From an uncultured virus (IMG/VR IMGVR_UViG_3300006868_000018) (Duplodnaviria; Heunggongvirae; Uroviricota; Caudoviricetes), in IMG/VR virus record IMGVR_UViG_3300006868_000018, positions 53,915-73,914 of that record: a DNA stretch of 20,000 nucleotides; one strand, given 5' to 3'. Below the pieces are notes generated by a model. It saw only the letters and a list, made by a program, of their open reading frames with translations. It had not been told where the DNA came from and made no database searches. Positions 1 to 7,755 of this stretch are shown here, in pieces. A program made the translations under genes and the position numbers. Each line of letters begins with the position of its first letter. Position 1 is the first letter of the stretch.

Positions 1-996
1 GTGATCAAGTCCGGAGAACGTCCGGATAGTCTTTCGTTGAGATTGTACGGAGACGATCAGTACTACTGGACGTTCTATATGATGAACGACAAATTGAGAG
101 AGTGTGGTTGGCCTGTTGCAAATGAACTGATACTGGATACGGTAAAAGAGAAGTATCCCCACAGAACTATCACAACCAAAGAGGACTTCACAACCGACAA
201 CGCGCTCGAACCAGCGTTCAAGGTTGGACAGATAGTCTATGGATCTGAGTCTGGTACTATTGGTACTATCTTGAGAAGGGATCCGACTTTGGGTCAACTT
301 ATTATCGATACAACAAATACGGTGATACCGTTGACAAGATCGATTACCTTTGAACCCAACGTTAACGGGTATGCAACTTATGAGTTGACACTAGAGAATG
401 AAAAGTTCCATAGTCCTTCACAGTGGAGAGTCTTTCAGGACGATATCGAAATATCTAGTGATGTGGAAATCACACTACCCAAAGGTAAAAACAACCGTAT
501 ATTCGAAATAAACAACGTGAACTATAAAGAGGGTTCTTCGTATTACGTATCGGCAGAAATCTTTATTTCCAACCCACTAGACAATAACTTTGGTGAGGGT
601 GAGTCTTTGTACTTCGTCAACCCTAGAACTGGATTGAACGTGGTTGCGGTTATCTGGAAAGAGTCGGAACAGTACAACGCTGTGCATCATTACGAGAGAA
701 GAACGTACACTGCGTTTGACCTTGACACAAACACAAATATTTTAGTCTCGTATGAAAAACAAGAGGCAGTAAATGCAGTCGAAAACTTTGACAATGCAGA
801 GGTAAGAATATCAAGTGAATGGGTGCACATAGATCCGTACACTGGGATACTTCCTGCGGGTGCGTATCCGGTTACTGTACGAGAACGATTTGAAGAATTC
901 AATGACGATCTCAAGAAGATCAAGATTCTTAAAAAAAGTGTTATTGAAAGAGTCGCAAAAGAATTCTATAACAAACAAGCGGGTCGTACCCCATAA
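1..996 (+). CDS. gp53: Baseplate wedge subunit, T4 gp53-like (5'-truncated by window edge)
   Basis: IKSGERPDSLSLRLYGDDQYYWTFYMMND...GWP matches the gp53 LysM-like motif (I..GERPD..A..LYG....YW.....N...WP). The C-terminal HHYE...VT.RE..EE.ND..KKIKILK also fits. The true start probably lies upstream of the window. Confidence 0.9.
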   Translation: MIKSGERPDSLSLRLYGDDQYYWTFYMMNDKLRECGWPVANELILDTVKEKYPHRTITTKEDFTTDNALEPAFKVGQIVYGSESGTIGTILRRDPTLGQLIIDTTNTVIPLTRSITFEPNVNGYATYELTLENEKFHSPSQWRVFQDDIEISSDVEITLPKGKNNRIFEINNVNYKEGSSYYVSAEIFISNPLDNNFGEGESLYFVNPRTGLNVVAVIWKESEQYNAVHHYERRTYTAFDLDTNTNILVSYEKQEAVNAVENFDNAEVRISSEWVHIDPYTGILPAGAYPVTVRERFEEFNDDLKKIKILKKSVIERVAKEFYNKQAGRTP

Positions 997-2366
997 TGTT
1001 TAATACTAAGAGTACTCAACAGTGGCGTCTCGAATACGCCGTAATCACAGCGGATCGTGGTGTAAAAAAAGAAGTAACCGATTTCGTTGCAGAGATCGTG
1101 TTGTATGAAAACATCTACGTACCTTATGTTACTGGTCGAATCGCATTCGCTGACAACACGGGTATCTTTACTAAAATGAAACCTATGGGTAGTGAGAGAC
1201 TTGATCTTGTCATCAAGGCAGAAACCCCTGGCGTGGACCACCCTGTTAGTGGAGGACTTGAAGGTAAAACATTTGTTATGAAAAGATTAGAAGATAGTGT
1301 AAAGGCGAACGCAGAAGGAACATCGTCTTTGGTCATATTTGAAATAATCGAAGAACACGCTGTTGCAAGTAATCTAAAAAAATTATCCAGAACAATCAAA
1401 GATAATTTCGTTCTTGAGATACTTAAGTGTGGCGCTGACATGGGCGCGGCTGTGAACATTGATCGTGCCAGACCTTCTAAACAAACGAAATGGAAAGGTT
1501 ACATTCCTTATCTTAGTCCTTTAGATGCGATAAGGTGGATGATGAACAGAGCGACAAACCATAAAGAGATGCCATACTTTTTATATTCCAACATACACGA
1601 GAGTAATATTCGACTGGCCTCTCTAGACATCCTAATGGAACAGACTCCTTTTAATGCGGCAAATCCTTATGTTTTTAGTAGTGCAACTGTTCAAAGTCAA
1701 GAATATGAAACTGGTGGTCCTACTCTTGAGTCACTAGAGAAAAAACACTGGCACATAAATTCAATACGTGCAAAGAACATGGGAGATCAGATGGCTCAGG
1801 TTCAGAAGGGTGCGAGTACTGGATCTAGATTGTCGGTCACCAACATCAATGGTGACAATCCGATTATCGCCAGTAGACACAACTCAATGATGGAGAGTGT
1901 TGGTAAGATGGGACCGTTGTTTAGAGGTAATCCACAGAACATATATGATCCTGCATTTAATGTTAGGGGCGCGGGACCAATGCATGTCAATGACGCTGCT
2001 CAGTATCATACGATTGTTTCGGAGAATATTTACACACAAGAATTTAAGAGTTTCCACTATGAAGAATCTATCGATGAATATATGCCTGTTTTGACTGCAA
2101 ACGCAGTGAGGGCGGCTATGCAAAAAAATACATACGAGGTTTCTATCAACGGTGCAAAGTTTCTCCAAAACAAAAAGGGTGTGGGTGATCTGGTTGAACT
2201 CAGAGTGTATGCGGATAATACTGACTTAGAAAACGCACCTGAACAAATAGATAAGATGAAGAGTGGTACGTTCTTGGTTACTGGAATTGCACATACATTT
2301 TCAATTCCAACCCATACCATTACTATGGAAGTGACCAAGTTTTCGTATGACCCAAGTTTAGGATAA
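996..2366 (+). CDS. Putative baseplate hub protein (gp27/GpD-like tail hub) of T4-like phages
   Basis: 456-aa ORF between gp53 and gp5. N-terminal IVLYENIYVPYVTGRIAFADNTG and C-terminal GDLVEL...DKMKSGTFLVTGIAHTF...MEVTK resemble hub-type proteins at this position. Coupled to gp53 by a TAATG overlap. Confidence 0.6.
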   Translation: MFNTKSTQQWRLEYAVITADRGVKKEVTDFVAEIVLYENIYVPYVTGRIAFADNTGIFTKMKPMGSERLDLVIKAETPGVDHPVSGGLEGKTFVMKRLEDSVKANAEGTSSLVIFEIIEEHAVASNLKKLSRTIKDNFVLEILKCGADMGAAVNIDRARPSKQTKWKGYIPYLSPLDAIRWMMNRATNHKEMPYFLYSNIHESNIRLASLDILMEQTPFNAANPYVFSSATVQSQEYETGGPTLESLEKKHWHINSIRAKNMGDQMAQVQKGASTGSRLSVTNINGDNPIIASRHNSMMESVGKMGPLFRGNPQNIYDPAFNVRGAGPMHVNDAAQYHTIVSENIYTQEFKSFHYEESIDEYMPVLTANAVRAAMQKNTYEVSINGAKFLQNKKGVGDLVELRVYADNTDLENAPEQIDKMKSGTFLVTGIAHTFSIPTHTITMEVTKFSYDPSLG

Positions 2367-2369
2367 CAG

Positions 2370-3221
2370 ATGAAAGAGTTACCTGTACAGTTCTACGGAG
2401 ACAATGTACGTTGGTTTATAGCCACCGTTGTTGACGCACGTCCCCCTAAAGGAGAGAAACTAGAGGGACGTGTGTGTATCAGAATTCACGGTACAATGTC
2501 TCCATCGACTGCGGACATACCACAAGGTGATTTACCTTGGGCGCAAGTATTGATCCCCACTACTGAAGGTGGTACTTCTGGACTTGGTGCAACACCAAGA
2601 CTAGAGGCGGGAACCAACGTCTTCGGATTCTTCATGGACGGTAAGGCGTCACAAACACCTATAGTTCTGGGATCACTACCTCAGTACGAGTTCGCCTCTC
2701 CAGTACAGGTCGGAAATGATCCGGGCTTCATAGAACAGGCTTTGGAGGCGGTAATAAGTTTTATTAACAAAGATTTGGTGGAAGACGATAATACTGGTGC
2801 AATCACTCAAGAAACCAGACTCGCCAGACAATCCGAAACTATACGGTACTTAATGGATCAGGGGTACACCAGAGACCAAGCGATAGGTATGGCGGCGGCT
2901 TTGGACATAAGTTCTGGTATGGTTACTGGATATAGTGAAGACGAAACGCGATATGGAATTGGTGGTTGGAGTGCAACTGACCAAGAAAGACTTCGAAACT
3001 CTACAGAGCTCTGGGATACCTTTTCAGGTCAAATGGAATATATTGTTGAGAAGGCGAAAGAGTCGAATCTGAATAGGGCGACAACAATTAGTAAAAATAC
3101 TCAGAACAATAGTAACACAGTATTTGCAAGTTTGGAAGCTTTAAACCAGTTCCAAGAAACTAATAGAGATCTTGCACTTGACGCAGCGAATAGAATCAAT
3201 GATGATATGGGTGGTGGATAA
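2370..3221 (+). CDS. gp5: gp5 N-terminal OB-fold domain fused to a degenerate phage-tail-lysozyme-like domain
   Basis: FYGDNVRWFIATVVD...GRVCIRIHG...DLPWAQVLIPTT...G.G.TP.L..GTNVFGFFMDG..SQTPIVLGSLP is the gp5 OB-fold. The second half (YLMDQGYTRDQAIGMAAALDISSG...YGIGGW...R...FSGQMEYI) resembles the Phage_lysozyme2 family. Confidence 0.85.
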   Translation: MKELPVQFYGDNVRWFIATVVDARPPKGEKLEGRVCIRIHGTMSPSTADIPQGDLPWAQVLIPTTEGGTSGLGATPRLEAGTNVFGFFMDGKASQTPIVLGSLPQYEFASPVQVGNDPGFIEQALEAVISFINKDLVEDDNTGAITQETRLARQSETIRYLMDQGYTRDQAIGMAAALDISSGMVTGYSEDETRYGIGGWSATDQERLRNSTELWDTFSGQMEYIVEKAKESNLNRATTISKNTQNNSNTVFASLEALNQFQETNRDLALDAANRINDDMGGG

Positions 3222-5146
3222 TGTCACTAACTAAACAACAAGTCAACCAAACTCTAAATCTACAGAACCAGAGTAGTAAACGTACACATTCAAGTAATTT
3301 GAATAAGGCGGTATCTCTGGTTCGGGACAACCAGATTACGAACAACGTAAACAAGGCCGTTGAACATGGTCCTGTGGGTACTAGTGGTATCATCTCTCTG
3401 AACTCCACGGACAATGCGGCGCAGAAGGGGAACGGTACTAACCTTGTTCAAGCGGATGATTTTGCACTTAAGTCTGGTGCAAAGACCGCAACACAATTGC
3501 AGAATGAAACCGTGGTTCAAATGGGTGGCCACGGTGATAGTGATGGTAAAACAACCATCAGCGAAGACAACTGGAATGTACTGTCGGTAGAATTCTGGAC
3601 AGACTCTTCTGACTTGTCTGCGTTGAGTGCAGAGATTAATAGTATTGGTGGTGGTATAGGTGACACTATTGCGGGACTCATGAGATTGATTACCGCACTG
3701 GGTGCACTTGCAGACCTTGCATCAAATCTGAATGTGGGTGCGGCAACTGGTTCTGCGGCAGAAAAAGCCGGTACTATAATGAAAGACAAAGCGACTCAGT
3801 TAGGTAACGACTTGCAAGGTGGACTGAATGGTATCGGAGATGCATTCCAAGGATTTGGAGATATCTCAAATATCCAAGAACTGGGTAATCAATTCGATAC
3901 ATTGGGTAATGCGATCAACAACTTTACTGGACCACTTCTGACTGCAACGGATATCATCACAAATCCTGCGGACGTATTCCTCGACACTCTTACTGAAGAG
4001 ACGGGAATTGGAAATGCGTTTAAAGAAGTTGAGGCTGGTTTCAATGATATAACAACGGGTATCAACGACACCTTAAATTCTATTGGTGATACGATAGATG
4101 CAGCGGTGGCTATTGCAGATCCTATTATGGAAACAATCGCAAAGGCGGAAAGGTTAGGTGCGACTATCAGTGCAAACGCTGGTATCCTTCAAAACCTGAA
4201 CGAAATCTACAGTGCGAACTTGGGTAAGGACATTACTAAAATCACTGGTGGTGCATCTCTAAGTAGGTCAGAGACAGGTAAGATCATGGATCAGATCAAC
4301 TCTGGAAAGGAAAAGGATATTGCAAATGCAGTCAAGACGATTGTAGGAAAGAACACTAACTTGCATCCCGATATGATACCGATTGTTAACGCAACCGTTT
4401 CTTTCAATAACACGTCTCAACTACAGGATAACATCGTTGATCGCGCAAAGTTGGCGGGTGTTGATCCTGCGATAATTGCAGACTTTGAAGAAATCTTTGT
4501 CAACATCGAAGACAACGTTTCAATCTTTGACACCACAATGCAAGGAAACTTGTTTGTGTCTCAGAACGATTTCTTTTCTAAGAACAAGAATCTCAAAGAC
4601 TATGGTTCACAGTATGAATCAGATGTCAATGTAGATGGAACGCCTAAATTTCTTACGTGTGATTCCTATGAGGAACTCGCACAAGAGGTTATGGTTACAG
4701 ACCGTGATATAACCAAAATTGTTATCCACGGTAGTAACACTTACCTCAACCAGTACCTAACTTCTAGAGACATTCATCAAAGGATGATAGACAGAGGGTA
4801 TGATGGTATGCAATACCACTATGTGATCAGGAGAGACGGTACTCTGGAAAGAGGTATACCCTCTAACAAAGTGACTGCGGTCACTGATCCAACCATTGCG
4901 AATAATTCCATCGATATCATTATGGTTGGTGGTATTAATGCGGCAACCGGAACTGAGAATCCGGACAGATATAAAGGTATCGGATCTTACACTAGACAAC
5001 AGTTTAACACCCTAGAGTCTTTGTTGGTAAACTGGTATAGAAGGTATCCAGGCGTAGAGGTAGTAGGTCATCAAGACATTGACACTGCCTCTTCTGATCC
5101 TGCGTTCGATATTAAAGGATATGTAAAAGATAGGTTTGATGTATAA
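3221..5146 (+). CDS. Long helical/low-complexity protein with C-terminal N-acetylmuramoyl-L-alanine amidase (Amidase_2, T7-lysozyme-like) domain
   Basis: The C-terminal ~150 aa (KIVIHGS...YHYVIRRDGTLERG...NNSIDIIMVGG...YTRQQFNTLESLL...VVGHQD...DPAFDI) aligns by eye with T7 lysozyme (FVHCS...YHFIIKRDGTVEAG...NSIGVCLVGG...FTPAQMQSL...AHHE...CPSFDL). Confidence 0.85.
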   Translation: MSLTKQQVNQTLNLQNQSSKRTHSSNLNKAVSLVRDNQITNNVNKAVEHGPVGTSGIISLNSTDNAAQKGNGTNLVQADDFALKSGAKTATQLQNETVVQMGGHGDSDGKTTISEDNWNVLSVEFWTDSSDLSALSAEINSIGGGIGDTIAGLMRLITALGALADLASNLNVGAATGSAAEKAGTIMKDKATQLGNDLQGGLNGIGDAFQGFGDISNIQELGNQFDTLGNAINNFTGPLLTATDIITNPADVFLDTLTEETGIGNAFKEVEAGFNDITTGINDTLNSIGDTIDAAVAIADPIMETIAKAERLGATISANAGILQNLNEIYSANLGKDITKITGGASLSRSETGKIMDQINSGKEKDIANAVKTIVGKNTNLHPDMIPIVNATVSFNNTSQLQDNIVDRAKLAGVDPAIIADFEEIFVNIEDNVSIFDTTMQGNLFVSQNDFFSKNKNLKDYGSQYESDVNVDGTPKFLTCDSYEELAQEVMVTDRDITKIVIHGSNTYLNQYLTSRDIHQRMIDRGYDGMQYHYVIRRDGTLERGIPSNKVTAVTDPTIANNSIDIIMVGGINAATGTENPDRYKGIGSYTRQQFNTLESLLVNWYRRYPGVEVVGHQDIDTASSDPAFDIKGYVKDRFDV

Positions 5147-6675
5147 TGGCAGATGATAATATTACAATAGAGACAGCGGCAGAAGAAGCGACTCAACAGG
5201 TTCCCCTTTATGGGTTCCAAGATCCTTCCGGTGAGTTTCCCCGTAAACAATACTGGGGAGAAAGTTCTATCAACAAGGCGGCGAGAGGTGATTTTATTAA
5301 TGACCTCATGGTCACGGGTTCCTTTCCACAAGTTGATCTCGAACTAAAACCAACCAGACCCTCAGAGTATCCCTACAATCAGGTTAAGGAAACTTACTCT
5401 GGTCACGTCATCGAATATGATGACACGGCGGGGGGTGAGAGAATCTTGATTAAACACCGCACGGGTGCGGGTATAGAGATTCGTCCGGACGGGACAATCT
5501 ACATTTCTTCTGTAAACAAGAAATTGGAAACCGTTGGTGGTGACATGCGTATCATCGTAGAAGGTGATACAAAGATGGCGTACAAGGGTAATGTCGATAT
5601 GTACGTCGAAGGTAACTACAATGTTGACATTGGTGGTAACTACAATATCCGAACCAAGGGTCACAAGAACGAGAAGGTGTTCAAGAACTATCGTGACCAG
5701 ACTTCCGGTAACCGTGAGTCTACGACTAAAAAATTCCAGACTAACTTGACCGTTGGTGGAAGAATCGATACCACACTTGGTGCACACCAGATCAATGCAA
5801 AACAAGGATTTAGTGCCGCAACAGAAGGGACAATGCAATTGACTTCTGATGGTACTATTATGTTATCTGGTAAGAAAGAAGTCGCTGCATCATCTAGGGT
5901 TGTTAACATGACGGGTATGCACTGTTCGGTGATTGGTGTAACTGGTTCGTTTGGTGGTACACTAGTTGACTTCGTAGGAAAAACCTATATGGGTCCAGCG
6001 GGTCCGGTCCCCTATGCATCTGGTGCCGCATTCTATGGTGGTTTCTTGGGTTGTTCGTTGAGTGCGGTTGCGTCGAAGACTTCTATCACTTCTGGGACTG
6101 CAATCTCTGCGTCCTCACTTGGTGGTTCTGCTCCTACTATTCCAGATTTCACTGCTCCGCCTTTACCGACACCCCCATCTATTCCAACTATTCCTAGTGC
6201 ATTGGTTGCGACTAGTTTGTTGGGTGGACCTTATGGTATCAAGACAGTATCTATTGATGCGGGTGATGATCTCAAAAATAAGATCCTCAAAAATGATGGA
6301 TACGGTGGTGTCTTTCATGGTGGTGAAGAAGAAGCCTCCACACAGAATTTAAGATCCGCAATGCGAGATGTCAATAATAGAGACGCACTACAGTTACAGG
6401 CAATGGCGGATGGACTGATCAATGAAGAATCTGTCTTCTCCATTCCCGAAGCGATTGGTCGTTCTACAGGCGCGGATCCCACATCCATCATGGGTATGAT
6501 ACCTTTGGGTAATACAGAAGAACATTTGGGACAACAGGTTACTCTTGGTCTTGATCCACAAACAAGAGAGGACATCCGTAACGCAGAGGCGCAAAGACTT
6601 GCATTCCTCGACAGAGAAGGTATTGAAGATCCTCTCAGGGCATCCACGTTACCCACCACGGAGGATTCTGCATGA
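5146..6675 (+). CDS. gp5: gp5 C-terminal part: linker plus triple beta-helix needle, with Pro-rich and C-terminal extension
   Basis: GFQDPSGEFP and YPYNQVKETYSGHVIEYDDTAGGERILIKHRTG match T4 gp5 segments. These are followed by octapeptide VxG repeats (VGGDMRII VEGDTKMA YKGNVDMY VEGNYNVD IGGNYNIR). Confidence 0.85.
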   Translation: MADDNITIETAAEEATQQVPLYGFQDPSGEFPRKQYWGESSINKAARGDFINDLMVTGSFPQVDLELKPTRPSEYPYNQVKETYSGHVIEYDDTAGGERILIKHRTGAGIEIRPDGTIYISSVNKKLETVGGDMRIIVEGDTKMAYKGNVDMYVEGNYNVDIGGNYNIRTKGHKNEKVFKNYRDQTSGNRESTTKKFQTNLTVGGRIDTTLGAHQINAKQGFSAATEGTMQLTSDGTIMLSGKKEVAASSRVVNMTGMHCSVIGVTGSFGGTLVDFVGKTYMGPAGPVPYASGAAFYGGFLGCSLSAVASKTSITSGTAISASSLGGSAPTIPDFTAPPLPTPPSIPTIPSALVATSLLGGPYGIKTVSIDAGDDLKNKILKNDGYGGVFHGGEEEASTQNLRSAMRDVNNRDALQLQAMADGLINEESVFSIPEAIGRSTGADPTSIMGMIPLGNTEEHLGQQVTLGLDPQTREDIRNAEAQRLAFLDREGIEDPLRASTLPTTEDSA

Positions 6676-7268
6676 TCTATAGACCAAACCCAAAGTACGA
6701 TCCAAGAAAAACTCAAGGTAGGTTCATAACTTCACAGTTACCTCTTGCAGCCGGTATCAATATTGCAACGTTTCTGGGACACGGTGCGTCTGGTATTGGT
6801 CACCTTGGTACTGCGGAGAAGAGATCACAACTTGCAAGAAACCTGTATCTACAGGCGCAGATGATCAATGCAGTAAACATGGACACCAAACTATTCAGAA
6901 CTATTCGAGTTGCGGTTTCTGAGGGTGTCTACGAACCAGGCCCAAATGAAGTCTGTAAGGGAGATAACGCCCTGAAAGAAGATGGGAGAATGATTGTATA
7001 TCAGGTGTATGGTGGAAACGGAAAGATCGATCATGCGGCAACATATGACGTTGCAAAGTTCTGGAAGGATCACATGAAGTTCAACAGGTTGGTTCTGGAT
7101 TATGATATCTTTAATCCTGATGGATCACTTACCTCTCAAATCCTGATAGAGATGCCCAACGTGCCTAAGAACTTTGATGTCACATACACGAACGTGGTTC
7201 AGACTCAGTACAACGGATACTTATTTTCTAACAAAGAACTTGTTGAGGTTCTTGAGAAAAAGGTATAA
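6672..7268 (+). CDS. Peptidase M15A (Hedgehog/DD-peptidase fold)-like protein, apparently non-catalytic
   Basis: Pattern QLARNL...VAVSEGVY...DGRMIVY...YDVAKFW...FNRLVLDY...QILIEMP parallels phage M15A proteins (NL..L...ITSGYR...H..GQAAD...FDQLILEY...WIHVS). ATGA overlap with the gp5-C gene. Confidence 0.5.
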   Translation: MIYRPNPKYDPRKTQGRFITSQLPLAAGINIATFLGHGASGIGHLGTAEKRSQLARNLYLQAQMINAVNMDTKLFRTIRVAVSEGVYEPGPNEVCKGDNALKEDGRMIVYQVYGGNGKIDHAATYDVAKFWKDHMKFNRLVLDYDIFNPDGSLTSQILIEMPNVPKNFDVTYTNVVQTQYNGYLFSNKELVEVLEKKV

Positions 7269-7271
7269 ATA
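7264..7271 (+). promoter_or_regulatory. T4-type late promoter (gp55 sigma)
   Basis: Exact TATAAATA overlapping the upstream stop codon, 27 nt before the gp25 ATG. Confidence 0.85.
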
Positions 7272-7298
7272 AAGATATTATAACACACGAGAGTCAAC

Positions 7299-7754
7299 AT
7301 GGCAATTAAAAGAGCGCTTGCCACCGAAGATTTTGGTCTGGACACAGTAAGTCTTGCGACTACAAGAAACCGCAAGTATATTGATCTAGATATTGCATTC
7401 AAGGCAAAACCAGTATCCGGTGACATTTACAAGAAGACTGAGGCGGCTGCGGTGAAACAGGCCGTCAAGAACCTCATGTTGACTAATTATAGGGAAAGAC
7501 CCTTTAAACCGTATTTTGGTACGAACATAACATCGTACCTGTTTGAACTTACCGAAAAAGAAATAGAAAAGAAACTGGCTAGGAACATTCGTAATGCGAT
7601 CAAGGCATACGAACCTAGAGTCAACAGTAGAACTCTAAAGATCGTGGTAAACGTTCAACCGGATTATAACTCAATAGACGTAACACTTGTTTTTAATGTG
7701 ATTAACTCGTCGGAAGAAGTTACGTTAACTACGTCGATAAACAGGTTAAGGTAA
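7299..7754 (+). CDS. gp25: Baseplate wedge subunit gp25 (GPW/gp25 family)
   Basis: YIDLDIAF...GDIYKKTEAAAVKQAVKNLMLTNYRERPFKPYFGTNITSYLFE...AIKAYEPRV is the classic gp25 signature. Confidence 0.95.
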   Translation: MAIKRALATEDFGLDTVSLATTRNRKYIDLDIAFKAKPVSGDIYKKTEAAAVKQAVKNLMLTNYRERPFKPYFGTNITSYLFELTEKEIEKKLARNIRNAIKAYEPRVNSRTLKIVVNVQPDYNSIDVTLVFNVINSSEEVTLTTSINRLR

Positions 7755-7755
7755 G

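Noticed and set aside
3221..5146. Mobile intron, intein or homing endonuclease inserted in gp5
   Set aside because: No HNH, GIY-YIG, LAGLIDADG or intein motifs were seen, and there is no non-coding flank for an intron core. The insert is a coupled amidase gene.
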